A stretch of 64,000 bases of DNA from Scenedesmus sp. PABB004 (taxonomy: Eukaryota): contig JABVCE010000015.1 in assembly GCA_014905635.1 (NCBI GenBank), positions 620,001 to 684,000 of the forward strand, read 5' to 3'. The translations under genes were made by a program, and so were the position numbers. The notes below the pieces were generated by a model. The model did not search any database and was not told the DNA's origin. It saw nothing but the letters and a program-made list of their open reading frames with translations. Every line of letters begins with the position of its first letter. Position 1 is the stretch's first letter. This document shows positions 1 to 11,827 of this stretch, in pieces.

Positions 1-265
1 GGCGTCTCCGGCAGCCTGTGAGGCACCTCGCCGCAGCCTCTGCGACACACAGCCTGCTGGAGAGGACGCCTCTAGGGCAGCCTCCAGGGCAGCGGCTTGT
101 GTGTGGGGGGAGGGGGGAGGGGGGCACGGCGGGTGCATTGGGGCGCGCGAGAGCCGCACTGCGCACACGCACTGCACTGGCAGCGGCGGCGGCGGCGGCG
201 GTGAGCTGCTGGTGCGTGAGCGCGCGTTGGCGTTGCTGCTGCTGCTCTGGCGGGGGCGGCCACAT
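1..265 (-). CDS. Possible first exon of a gene running off the window start (MWPPPPEQQQQRQRALTHQQL...)
   Basis: ATG at 265 in AAACA-ATG context, preceded by CCTAAACCCTC (telo-box-like). The frame is open to position 1, with a candidate donor GCA|GTGCGT near 172. No recognisable domain. Confidence 0.3.
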   Translation of the reverse strand, partial: MWPPPPEQQQQRQRALTHQQLTAAAAAAASAVRVRSAALARPNAPAVPPSPLPPHTSRCPGGCPRGVLSSRLCVAEAAARCLTGCRRR

Positions 266-1457
266 TGTTTGAGGGTTTAGGACTCTAGCGCCGGACAGGG
301 GAGGTAATGCGCAGGCCTGGCTGGCTCAACACTTGGCGAGCGCGCGATCGCCGGTTACACCCGAACCAGCCCCAAGGAGAGCCCCCCCCCCCTGCTGCTG
401 CTGCTGTGCGTCAAATGGCAAAAGCGCCGGCAGCGATGCCGCCGCCAGCGCAGCACACACGGCGCAGCGCCCCCAGGAGCCCCGCGCGGCGGCGCGGCGC
501 CGCGGCCGGCGCGGCGCCCGCGTCCCGCGGCCCGCGCGTGCCGCCGCACCCCCGGCGAAAATCGAGCCCGCACTCTCGCAGCGCGGGCGGCCGGGGGGCG
601 GCGGGCGGCGCGGGCGCGGGGCGGGCGCCGCGGGCGGCGCGGGCGCCTGCGCCTGCGCGCGGGGGCCTGCTGCGGCGGCGGCCGCCGCCCAGGCGGGGGC
701 TCGTGCTGCACGCACATGCACGCCGATTGAGTGTACAAGGGAGGAGGAGGGATGGGGGGCGCGCCGTCGGCCGCGCCCCCGCGCGGCCAAGCGCCGCCCC
801 CCGCCCGGCTGCCGCGGCGCCGCGGCGCCGCGGCGCGGCGGCGGCGGGGCCCGCCGCACGTGCGCGCCGGCCGGGCGCCGCAGCAGCGTCAGCCCGCGTC
901 AAACAAACGCCCACAATCAATCGCCCGCCGTGCAGCAAAAAGGCCCCCCCCCCTGCCCCGCCCGCCCGCCTGGGTCGCGGTCCGCCCCCGCACCGCACCG
1001 CGCCACGCCGCAACTGCGGCGCGCCGGCAGCGGCGGTGCGCGGGGCGCTCGGACCAGACCGGCCTGGATCCACCCGGACGTGCGGTCGTCCATCCATCGC
1101 CGTCACCGCCTAGGGAGTGTGTTGGTCAACTAAGTGAGTCTGCGTTCAACGCTGCTGCTGGCTGCAAACCCAACGCACACGCCCGCGCACGACACGCACG
1201 CCCCGCCCCGCCCCGGCCAGCCCCTGCCCCGCCCCGCCCCGACCGCCCTCCCACGCGTCGTCCCGCTCGCCGGCGGCGATCACGCGCGCCCGCGAGGGCG
1301 CCCCGCCGCCGCTTTCATTGCGCGCCGCCGCCGCCGCCATAGCCGCCGCCGCCCCGCGTGGCGCGCCCCGTCCGCACGCGCATCGCGCCGGGCCCCCTGA
1401 AGGGCACAAGTGCACAAGGGCGCGGGGGCCGCTGCTTGGAGGTGAGAGAGCCCCGCC

Positions 1458-3864
1458 TCACTTGGAGATGAGCAGATCGATGGCGTCCCGCAGCTTGCGC
1501 CCCAGGCTGGCGCTGCGTCGCGCCGCGGCGGCGGCCGCCGCGGCGCTCGCGGCGGCGCCGGGCGCGCCGCCGCCGGGCAGCGGCGACCCCGCGCCGGACG
1601 GCGGGCCGGAGCCCGAGCGCCAGCTCCCGCTGCTGCTGCTCGCCTCGGAGCCGGCGTCGGAGGAGGCGCGGCGCGGGGGCGGCCCGCGCGCCGCGTGGCC
1701 GCCGCCGCCGGGCGCGGCGGGCGCCGGCAGCGGCGCGTCGTCCTCCGGCTCGGCCGTGCTGCTGCTGGCGGCGCTCGCGGCGCTGTCGCGGCGCGGGACC
1801 GGCCGCCGCGGCGCGTCCTGGTCGCGCGGCGGCGCGGCGTCGCCGCCGCGGCGGCCGCCGCTGCCGCGCCGGCTGGCCGCGCTCACCGCGTCGCCGCCGG
1901 GCGCCGGCTGCGCGGGGCAGTGCTCCGCGAGCCCGCCGCGCCCGGCGGCGCCGGCGCCGCCACGCGCGGGCTCGCCGCCCGCGGCCTCGTCGCCGCCGCC
2001 GCTGGGCGCGAGCAGCTGCTGCGCCGCGCGCTGCGCGTCGCCGGCGGCCGCCGCGGTGGGCGAGCCGCCGGGGCTGGCCTCGCCGAGCAGGCGCTCGTCC
2101 GCGCCGCTGCTGCTGCGCCGCGCGGCCGACACGCTCGCGCAGTGCACCGCCGCGTCGTACGCGCCCGGCCCGGACAGGGTGAGAAGGCTGCCTGCTGGGA
2201 GGGGAGGGGAGACGGGCGGGGCGGACGGCGGGGCGCGGCGGGCGGGTGCGCGCGCGCGTCAGACCCGCCCCCGCCGTCTCGACGCGCGCCGCGCGCGCCG
2301 CGCGCGCGGCGCGCGAGCCTTTAAGCCCCGGCGCCTCCCAAACCCTGTGGTGCGCCGGCGCCTAAACCCTGACCTGAGCTCGGCTCGTCGCAGGTGAAGG
2401 TGATGTTGAGCTCGCTGTCGTCCGGCAGCGCGAACGCGCGGCGGATGGCCTCAGTGAACTGCCGGTACCCGTCCGCGCCCGGCGCGACCTGTGGGGTGGT
2501 GGGGGTGGTGGTGCGTGTGGTGGGGGTGCCGCGGCGTGGGTGCGGGCGCGCGCGCGCGCGGCCGCCGTCTCGACGCGGCGCGCGTCGGAGGATGAAAGAA
2601 CGCGACAGCGGCGCGCGCGCGCCGCAGCACCGCGCCGGCGGGCCGCGCGCGGCGGGCCGCCGACGCCCGCCGGCCGCGCGGGCGCAGCGCGCCGCTGGGT
2701 GGCGCGGCCGGTCCGTTTCCGATGCGGACCGAGCCCGCTACCCAGCCGCGCGCTGCGCCCGCGAGCCCGCGCCCGGACCCCGGCCTCCCCAACCATCAAA
2801 CACGCAGGCGGCGCAGCGGCGCGCGGTGCGGGGCGCTGCCCTCGGGTGCGGTGCGGCGCTCCCTCGCCCACACCACACGCCCACGCGCACCTGGAAGCTG
2901 TAGGTCTTGTTGTCAAAGTTTACGTTCATCACCGCCGGCGCCGTCGCGCCCGGCGTGGGCGTGAGCACGGCCTTCCAGTCGGGCAGCTCGGAGGCGCAGA
3001 AGTCGCAGAAGCGCTCGCGCCTGGCGGCGTGCGTGTGTGCGTGCGTGCGTGCGTGTGGGTGTGGGTGTGGGTGTGCGTGGTGGTGTGGGTGTGGGTGTGG
3101 GTGTGTGTGGGGGGGGGGGGGCGTGAGCGCGCGCAGCGCGTGCTGCTCCTGCCGCTGCCCCCGCTGCTGCGACGGCTGCGCCCGCCGCCGGCGGCGCGCC
3201 GCGCCGCGGCAGGCGCACCTGGTGCCGGCGCTCTGCAGCTGCCACCGCGCGACGCTGCGGGCGGGCGGGCGGCGCGCGCGGGGGGGGCGCGGCGTGCGTG
3301 AGCAGGCGCCCGAAGCAGCGGCAGCACCCCGCGCGCAGCGCCTCCCCCCGTCCCCCCGCGGCGCCGCCGCTCGGCCCGTCGCCCGTGTGATGCGGCCCCA
3401 GCCAGCTGCGTCCACGAGCTGGCAGCGCCCCACACGGGCGTCGGACCGCGCGGCGGCGCCCGCGCAGCGGGTGCGCGCCGGCGCCGGGCGGCCGCACCGC
3501 CGCCCCTGCGCCGCCGCCCACGCGCCGCCCGCTGCCGCGCGGTCCGCCCGGGGCGCGGCCCCGGCCCGCCCGGGCCCCCAGGCGCCCGCCCCGCACCAGG
3601 TTGCGTGGCACCAGCTCGGGCACTTGCAGGGGTGCATCAGCGGGCGGTCGAAGCTGGCTCCGTCGAGGCAGATCCAGCACACGTCGTCGCTCGCGCAGCC
3701 CTGCGCGCCGTGCGGGCGCGGGGTGGGCGGGGCGGGCGGCCGGCCGCGGCGCGCCTCGCGGCGTGCGCCGGGGGCCGCCCCGTCGCGCGCCCGCGACGCA
3801 CCTCGGCGTGCACGCTCACACAGCGCGGCCCGGCGGCGCGCTTGAGGGCGCAGTCGTCGGCCAT
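1458..3864 (-). CDS. RING-variant (C4HC3, MARCH-like) zinc-finger protein with a C-terminal PB1-like domain; multi-exon
   Basis: Spliced exons give MADDCALK...CWICLDG...HPCKCPSWCHATC-VARWQLQSAGTR-RERFCDFC...LPDWK, then VAPGADGYRQFTEAIRRAFALPDDSELNITFTCDEP and LTLSGPGAYDAAVHCA. GT-AG introns are in frame; stop at 1458. Confidence 0.85.
3028..3122. repeat. (GCGT)n/(GTGTGG)n simple repeat plus poly-G within an intron
   Basis: Directly visible: gtgtgggtgtgggtgtgggtgt... followed by a G run. Confidence 0.85.
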
Positions 3865-4474
3865 GGCCCCCGGCCGAGCTGGAATCGCCTGAGCGGCGCT
3901 CGGGACCAGGGCCGCGGTGCTCGCGCCCCAGCAGGCACTCCCGTAGGCGCTGGGCGCCGCCCGCTGCGCTCCGGGCGTCGCTGCGAGAGGCGGGGCTGCC
4001 TGCGCACGAGGAGGGTTGCCCCGCTGCGCTCGCAAGCTCGCACGGTCGGGTGGGGAGCCCGATCTGGCTGCGGCGATGCGGAGAGCCTGGAACTGGGCCA
4101 GGGAGCACGGAGGGCGGGCACGGGGGGCGGCGCGGGACGAGTCCAGTAAAACTCGCCGCCTGCTGGTGCAGCTGCTCGGGCCCGGCCAGCCCAGCGAGCG
4201 GCCGCGCGGCCTCCACATTCGCCGATCGGAGCTGCGTCGGCCCTGGGGCAGTGTACTCTCGGGTCCGCCCCCGCGCCGCCGCGGCGCCGGGCGGGAGCAG
4301 CGCGCGGCGGTCGCCGCGGCGGCGGGCCGGCGCGGCCCGGCGCGGCGTCAGCTGATAGCGCGCACTCACGCCGTGCCATGCGCGCGCGCACCGCTCCTCC
4401 GCAGCGTCGCCGCGCCGCGCGCGCCGCGGGCGCCCGCCGCGGGCGCCCGCCGCGGGCGCCCGCCGCCGGCGCCC

Positions 4475-5135
4475 CGCCGCGAGCGCCGTGTCGTGAGCAC
4501 GATGTGGCTCGACACACGCGCTCTCCCTCGCCCCAGCCCCGCGCCCCTGCGGGCCGGCCTGCTCCGCGGCGGCGGCGGCGCCCGGCACGCGCCGTGGCCT
4601 GTTCCGCGCCGGCCCGCCCGGCGGCCGGCGCGACCCGGGATGGCGTCCCCGCGACAGCTCATGCCCCCACACGCGTACCGCGCCCTGCCGGACGGCGGTG
4701 CCTGCCGTGCCGGGCGCGCGAGGCCGCGTGGGGCGCGGCCCGCCGTGGACCCGCCCGTCTCCCGCTCCGCAGCGCCCTCCCCAGCGCCCCGCACCAGCTC
4801 CCACAGTTCTCGCACACCCAAGCGCACCCCCACCGACACCGCGGCGAGCAGATCGAGCGACCCCCGGCTCCACGCCAAACGCAGCTGCACACGAGCCGAC
4901 ACCAGCGCGGCGTGGGCAGCGTTGATCGGCCCACGAGCTCTCCATAGCTCACCAGCAGCGTCAGCGCGCGCAAGCGCCAGGCGAGTGCTGCTGCCACGGG
5001 CGCGGCGCCAGGCTGGCCGGCGCGCGTGTGCCGCCGCCGCAGGCCCTGCGCGGCGCGGCGCGCGGCGGCGCGCGTGCGGGCTGCTGCGGATCGGGACGGC
5101 TGGTGGGCGAGCTGACCGGCCGCCGGCGCCGCCCG
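4475..5135 (+). repeat. ~660-bp duplicated upstream block, copy 1 (5' of LRR gene 1)
   Basis: Aligns by eye over its whole length to 8465-9130; both contain e.g. gcagatcgagcgacccccggctccacgccaaacgcagctgcacac. Small indels are present. Confidence 0.9.
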
Positions 5136-5172
5136 CAGCGAGCGAGAGCGAGAGCGCGGACGACGCGCGCCC

Positions 5173-7930
5173 ATGTCCGGCCACGGCGCGCCCCGGCCGG
5201 CGGACGGCATGCTCGGCCTGGCGGACGTCGAGGCGGCGCCGGACGCGGCGCCCGCCGACAAGGCGCCCGCCACCGACAAGTCTGGCGCGGGTGGGCTGCT
5301 GAAGCCCGCGGCGGTGATGGTCTACCCTGATCTGTGGGACGGAGTTGACCTGGAGCGCCAGGCGGCGCTGCCGCCGGCGCAGGTGCGCATGCGCGCGCGC
5401 GCGACGGGCGCAGCCCGGGGCACGGCGGACCCGACAGCGCTGTCAGTCGCCGCGGCTGCCGCGGCCCGCCCCGGCCGGCCCCGCCCGACGCGCCGCCCGC
5501 GCCGCGCGCGCAGCCGCCCGCGCGCGCCTGGTGGACGCGGCGCCGCCGCGCGGTCGCGGCGGGGCTCGCCCTCGCGGCCGTGCTTGCGCTCGCGCTGGGC
5601 CTCGGCATCGGCCTCGGCGCCAAGCCTGGCGGCGGCCACGCAGGTGCGCGCGCGCGCTGCGCAGGCAGGCGGGGCGACGGGGCCGGCGCGCGCGCGCGCT
5701 GCGAAGCGGCCCTGCGCGCAGCCGGCGCGCCCGTGCACAGGCGCGCACCACAACGCGCCACCGCGCGCCCCGCCGCCGCCCGCAGGCGCGCCGGGCGGGC
5801 GCCCGGCCGGCGCCAAGCCGCGCGGCGCGGCGGCGCTGCCGCCGCCGCGGCCGCGCGCGACGGCGGCCGAGGCGGGCGACGCCGCGCAGCTGGCCGCGCT
5901 GATGGCGATAAAAAAGGCGATAGACACCGGCGGGGTGTTGGACGCCGACTGGGACCCCAAGACCGGCGGCGGCCGCGGCTACTGCAGCTGGAAGTACGTC
6001 ACCTGCGACGCGGCGGGCGAGGTGGTCGAGAGCCTCAACCTCACCACCGGTGGGTGCGCTCAGTTCAACTGTGTTTGCTGTGCTTTTGGCTTGTGTTGTG
6101 CGTGTGGCAGCAAGGGGCGGCAGAGGGGGCGCGGCGGGCGCGGGCGGGAGGGGTCGTCGCCGCCGCGCAGGGCGGCACTGCGCAGGGGCTGCCGCCGCGC
6201 CGCGCGAGGCCCGGCTCTGGCTCTTGACCCCTAAACCCCGCCACGCCCCCGTGCCCCTTACCCCCCCCCCCCCCCCGCGCAGACTCGTATGTCATGGTCC
6301 TCACCGGCTCGCTGCCGCCCGCGGCCGCGCTCGCGGGCCTGCCCGGCCTGCGCGAGCTGGACGTGCGCATGAACACCATCAGCGGTGCGTGCCTGGGTGT
6401 GCACGTGCGTGCGTGCGCGTGCTCATGTGGGAGGGGAGGGGAGGTGGCAGGCGCCGGCGCCGCGCCGCCGGCGCTGCTGAGCCACGCCGCTCCGCCGCGC
6501 GTGCGCGCAGGCCCGCTGCCGGCCGACTGGTCGGAGCTCGCGGGGCAGCTGGAGGTCGTCCGCCTCGATCAGAACTACATCAACGGTGAGCCGTGTACCT
6601 TTCTTTGTCTTCGTCTAGCCGCCGGGCGCGCACGCCCGGCCCGGGCCCGCCGCCGCCGCCGCCGCCGACGCCGCCGCCGCGCGCGGCCGCCGCGCCGCGC
6701 CGCGCAGGCACGCTGCCCGAGTCGTGGTCGGCGCTCGGCTCGAGCCTCAAGGAGCTCACGCTCTGGGACAACCAGCTCAGCGGTGGGGGTGGGGTTTTGC
6801 CGGGGCTAGGGTTCAGGGCGGCTTGGGTCGGAGGGCTGGCTCACGCCGCGCCGCGGCCAAACCCCGCCACGTCCGACGCGCGCGCAGGCCCGCTGCCCGA
6901 GAGCTGGGCCGACCTGGTGGTGCTGGAGCATATTGACCTCAGCTACAACGACCTCACCGGTGCGCCGCGCCGCGCTGCTGACGCGACGCGCTGTGCTGTG
7001 CTGACGGCGGGGCCGCGCAGCGGGTGCTCTGGGGTCCCTCGGATCGCCTCCGCGCAGCGCCTGCGCGAGCTGGCTACCCCGGCCGCGCGCTACCATGCCT
7101 CACCCGCCGCCCCGTGCGCGGCCGCCGGCGCCGCAGGCCCGCTGCCGGCGGCGTGGTCGGCGATGGGCAGCCGCGGCGCGGGGCTGCGCAACCTGCTGCT
7201 CGACGTCAACGCCCTCACCGGGGAGGTGCCGACGGCCTGGGCGGACCTGGGGGCGCTGGAGAAGCTCTTCCTGTCGGAGAACAAGCTCAGCGGTGATTCA
7301 GCCTTCCGTTGGGGGAGGGGGGGGGGGGGGGGGCAGCTCGCGGGGCGGGGCCGCTGCGCCGCGCGCGCGGGTGCGTACTCCGGCGAGCCGCCGCCGCCGC
7401 CGCCGCCGCCGGCGGCGCCGCAGGCCGCCTGCCCGACGTCGGCACGAGCTGGCCGGGCATGAAGGAGCTGTGGGCCGAATACAACAAGTTTGATGGTGCG
7501 CCCACGCGTCCGCCGGCCGGCGGCGCCCGGCGAGGGGGGCAGCGGGGCGACCGCGCCAGCTGCGCCCAGCCGCGAGGCGGCCAGCCCGGCGACCCCCGCG
7601 CGCTGCTGCCGCCGCGTGCTTGCCGGGCGGCACCCCGCGCGCCGCCCACCGCCGCCGCCGGCGCCGCCGGCGCCCGCCGCAGGCCCGCTGCCGCCGAGCT
7701 GGGGCGCGATGGCCTCGCTGACCAAGCTCGCGCTGAACGACAACGCCTTCGTCTCCACCATCCCGCCGTCCTGGTCGGGCATGGCGTCCCTGGCCAACGT
7801 GTACCTGTTTAACAACCCCGGCCTCTCCGGCTGCCTCCCCGCCGCGTGGCGCGGCCGGCTGCAGGTGTCTGAGGGCTTCACGGTCGAGGACTTTGTGCTG
7901 GACGAGACCAAGCTCAAGGGCTTCTGTTAA
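5173..7930 (+). CDS. LRR protein 1: N-terminal tail, single TM, LRRNT cap and plant-type extracellular LRRs; about 9 exons
   Basis: TM RRRRAVAAGLALAAVLALALGLGIGLG, cap YCSWKYVTC, repeats such as LtGpLPxxW..L..L.L..N (e.g. NQLSGPLPESWADLVVLEHIDLSYNDLTG), C-cap NNPGLSGCLP, and TAA at 7930. Confidence 0.9.
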
Positions 7931-7947
7931 GCGCAAGGGCTGTTGCT

Positions 7948-8040
7948 GAGCTCCAGGGAGGCTGGTGAGCTCCAGGGAGGCTGGTGAGCTCCAGGGAGGC
8001 TGGTGAGCTCCAGGGAGGCTGCAGAGCTCCAGGGAGGCTG
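7948..8040 (+). repeat. Minisatellite: 19-bp unit GAGCTCCAGGGAGGCTGGT, ~5 copies, just after the LRR1 stop
   Basis: Units start at about 7948, 7967, 7986, 8005 and 8024; the last two are slightly variant. Confidence 0.9.
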
Positions 8041-8464
8041 CGGCTGCCGCGTTCTGGCGCTGACCTGGGCTCAAGGGCGAGAGGCGATGATTTGAGGCTG
8101 AGCGCGGGGCAGCCGGGCCAGCGCGCGGGCGATCCGGTCGCCGGGGCCGCGCGGCGGGCAATGCATGCCCGCCTGGATTTGGGGGGTGAGACGACAGCCC
8201 GCATGACTGCTTGCACATTCGCTGTTGGAGCACGCGCGCGGCGCCCAACCTGACCGCGCCGGCTGCGCGCTGGTGACGCCTCTGCGGGCGCGGCAGCCGC
8301 GGAGGCTGACCCCCCTGTTGTGCTCTCGCGCACTGATAGTTTTGTGCGCCTAGGGTCTCTGAAGATGCAGGCGCCAGGTTCTCATAGAGACGGCAACGGC
8401 AGCGGCGCCTCTTGCTCGCCGGCACGTGCGCGGCCCGCCAAACGCTGCCGACCGCCAGCGAGCC

Positions 8465-9130
8465 TGCCGCGAGCGCCCCAGCGTGAGCACGATGTGGTGC
8501 GACACACACGCGCTCTCCCTCGCGCCAGCCCCGCGCCCCTGCGGGCCGGCCTGCTCCGCGGCGGCGGCGGCGCCGGCACGCGCCGTGGCCTGTTTTCGGC
8601 CGGCCCGCCCGGCCGCCCGCGCGACCCGGGCTGGCTTCCCCGCGACAGCTCACGCCCCCACACGCGTATCGCGCCCTGCCGGACGGCGGTGCCTGCCGTG
8701 CCGGGCGCGCGAGGCCGCGTGGGGCGCGGCCCGCGTGGACCCGCCCGTCTCCCGCTCCGCAGCGCCCTCCCCAGCGCCCCGCACCAGCTCCCACAGTTCG
8801 CGCACACCCAAGCGCACCCACAGAGACACCGCGCCGAGCAGATCGAGCGACCCCCGGCTCCACGCCAAACGCAGCTGCACACAGAGACACCAGGCGCCCC
8901 CGCAGCGCGGCGTGGGCAGCGTTGATCGGCCCACGAGCTCGCCATAGCTCACCAGCAGCGCCAGCGCGCGAGCGCCAGGCGAGTGCTGCCGCGGGCGCGG
9001 CGCCAGGCTGGCCGGCGCGTCGGCGCCCGCCGCCGCAGGCCCTGCGGCGCGGCGCGCGGGGGCGCGCGTGCGGGCTGCAGCGCGTCCGGCCAGGTGGAGG
9101 GCGATCTCACAGGCCGCCGGCGCCGCCCCG
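8465..9130 (+). repeat. ~660-bp duplicated upstream block, copy 2 (5' of LRR gene 2)
   Basis: Homologous to 4475-5135; ends just before ATG 9143. Confidence 0.9.
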
Positions 9131-9142
9131 GCGCTGCAGGCG

Positions 9143-11681
9143 ATGGAGCGCAGGCGACCCTGGCTGTGGCTGGCTGAGCGCGTGGCGGGCTGGCAGCAGC
9201 GGCAGCGGCAGGCGCGGCAGGTGGTGGAGCTGGAGCCGCCGCATGGCGGCAGCGACAGCGGCAGGGGCAGCACCGGCACGAGCACCAGCGGCAGCGCCGA
9301 CGCCGCCGTGCGCTGCGAGGGCGGCGACGCGCCGGCGCGGCCGGCGCCGCCGCCGCCGGGCGGCAAGCCGGCCGCGCGGCTCGCGGTGCCGCCGCGCGCG
9401 GTGGTGGCAGTGCTGTCCGGCTATGATAGTGACAACGAGGACGGCCCGGTGCCGCCGCCGCCGCTGGACGTCTGGTCCGAAATCGACCTGGAGCAGCCCA
9501 CCAAGCGGGCGCCGGCGCCGCCCCCGCCGCGCCGCAGCGCGGCCGCCGCCGCGGCGGCGCGCGCCGCGGCGGCCGCGCGGCGCAAGTGGCGGCGCGCCGA
9601 CGGGCGCTGCCTTGCCGTGGTCGGCCTGCTGACGCTGGCGGCAATGGGGCTCACCATCGGCCTTGGTGTCGGCCTCGGCTGCGCCCGCCTCGGCTGCCAA
9701 GGTGAGCGCGCGCGGGGAGGCCGCCACCTGCGCCGCCGCCCGCCGCCCGCCGCACGCGCCGCGCCGCGCACAAGCCCGGCGCGAGCTCCCCGCCCCGCCC
9801 GCGCAGGCGGCCGCCGCGGCGCCGCCGACGTGCTGCGCGGCTTTGTGCCGACGGGCGAGCCCCAGCTGGACGCGCTGCTGCAGCTCGCCCTCTTTCTTGA
9901 CCCTGGGGGCGCGCTGCAGGGCGGCGGCGCGCGCGGGCCGTGGACGGCGGCCGGCGGCGCGCGCGGCACGTACTGCGCCTGGCCGCACGTGACATGCGGC
10001 GGCGCCGGCCAGGGCGTGACGGCGCTCAACTTCACGACCGAGGGCTGGTGAGCACACGCGCGCGCGCGGCGCACACGGCGCGCTAGAGAGAGCCCGCCGG
10101 CGCCCCGCGTGTGTTAACTTCCTGGGCGCCACGCGGTCGCCCCGCAGGGAGTTTATGATGACCGGAGCGCTGCCGCCCGGGGGCGTGCTGTCCGGCCTGC
10201 CGGCGCTGGCGTCGCTCGACGCGCGCATGCACTCCCTGCGCGGCCCGCTGCCGCCCGACTGGGCGGCCCCTGGCGCGCTGCCGGCGCTGCAGGTCCTGAG
10301 ACTGGATAAGAACCAGCTTGGAGGGCCGCTCCCGCCCGGCTGGGGCGACGGCTTCGGGTCACGGCTGCGCGTGTTGACCCTCTGGGACAACGACCTCACC
10401 GGTGAGCGCGGCGCCGCGCACGCCGCCCGCGCCGCGCACCGCGCACGCGTGCCGCCGCACCGGCGGCCTGGCGCGCGCTCGCGTGCGCCCTGACCGTCGG
10501 TGGGCGCGCCGCGCAGGCACGCTGCCGCAGAGCTGGAGCGCGCTCAGGTCGGTGGACAACCTGGACTTGAGCTTCAATGAACTCGAAGGTGTGCAGCGTT
10601 GGGAGTTCAACAGCCAGGGGCTGTTCAACGTGGGGCAGTTCCGAGCCGCTAGCCCCCGCTCACGCACGTGCAAACGCTGTGCCCGCCGGCGCGCACACTG
10701 CCGCCGCGCGCCGCCCCGCGCCGCGCGCGCAGGGTCCATCCCGGAGAGCTGGGCATCGATCGGGTCCAGCGCTGGCGGCCTCAAGCAGTTGTGGTTGGAC
10801 GTCAACAGGCTCACCGGTGCGCACGCACGCGTTGGAGCCCGCTCGCGGCCCGCGCACGCGCGCCAGGCCCACCGGGCTCACCGGGCTCACCCGCGCGCGC
10901 CCGGCGCCGCCGCTGCCGCAACGTTGCCAGGCCCCCTGCCGGAGAGCTTCGGCAGCATGGCCGCCCTGGAGCGGCTCTTTCTGAGCGAGAACGAACTCAG
11001 CGGCACGCTGCCGGAGAGCTGGGGGCGCATGGAGAAGGTGCGGCGCGGCCGCAGCGCGCGGGCGCCGCGACCGCCTGCGCAGCGCGGCGCCGCGGCCGTT
11101 GCCGCCGCGCAGCGCGCGCGCTGAGCCCCGCCGCCGCCGCTTGCGCGCGCATACGCGCATGCACGCCGCCCCTGCCAACCCCCAGCTGCAGGAGCTGTGG
11201 CTCGAGTACAACCCCGGGCTGACCGGCAGCCTGCCGCCAGCGTGGGGCGGCCTGGCCAGCCTGAGCAAGCTGGTGCTCAATGACGACAGGTGAGCGCCGC
11301 GCCGCGCCTCGGCGCCCCCTCAGCATCCCCGTGCCGCCGCGTGCTGGCGCGCCTCGGACGCGGCCGGCTGACCCGCGCGCGCCGCGCCACGCGCCGCGCC
11401 GCAGCCTGTCGGGCGGCGTGCCGCCGTCGTGGGCGGCGCTGGGGCGCAGCCTGACGGGGGTGTACCTCTACGGCAACGCCGGCCTCACCGGCTGCCTGCC
11501 GGCCGAGTGGGAGGCGCCGCTGGAGGGTTCAGGGTTTGACACCGAGTTTTTCCTGCTCCAGGGCACACAGCTGCGGGGCTTCGGCGGCAACTGCAGCGCC
11601 GCGCCGCCGGCGCCGGAACAGCCAACGCAACAGCCCGCGGCGGGGGAGCCCGCGGCGCCCGCCGGCGGCGCAACCAGCTGA
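9143..11681 (+). CDS. LRR protein 2: paralog of LRR1 with the same tail-TM-LRRNT-LRR architecture
   Basis: TM CLAVVGLLTLAAMGLTIGLGVGLG, cap YCAWPHVTC, LRRs (NQLGGPLPPGW, NELSGTLPESW), C-cap GNAGLTGCLP, and TGA at 11679-11681. Confidence 0.88.
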
Positions 11682-11827
11682 GTGTCCCCGCGCGTGAGTT
11701 GCCGCCGGGGGGGCTCGCGCGCCGCCCACGCCCCGCCGCGTGAGTGGGCAGGCGGCTGGGCAGGCGCGGCGCCCGGCGCGCCGCGCGGCTCACGGCGCGC
11801 CGCTGCTGCTGCCCCTGCCTGCCGCAG

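Noticed and set aside
4366..5184. Protein-coding gene on the minus strand of the duplicated block
   Set aside because: The two copies differ by frame-breaking indels and no domain is recognisable.
7948..8040. CRISPR-like array
   Set aside because: Units are head-to-tail with no unique spacers, there are no cas genes, and the context is eukaryotic.
11679..11681. Selenocysteine TGA or mutated AG|CTGAGT donor
   Set aside because: The paralogous exon also ends AGC-TGA (13230-13235), the context is a low-complexity linker, and no SECIS was recognised.
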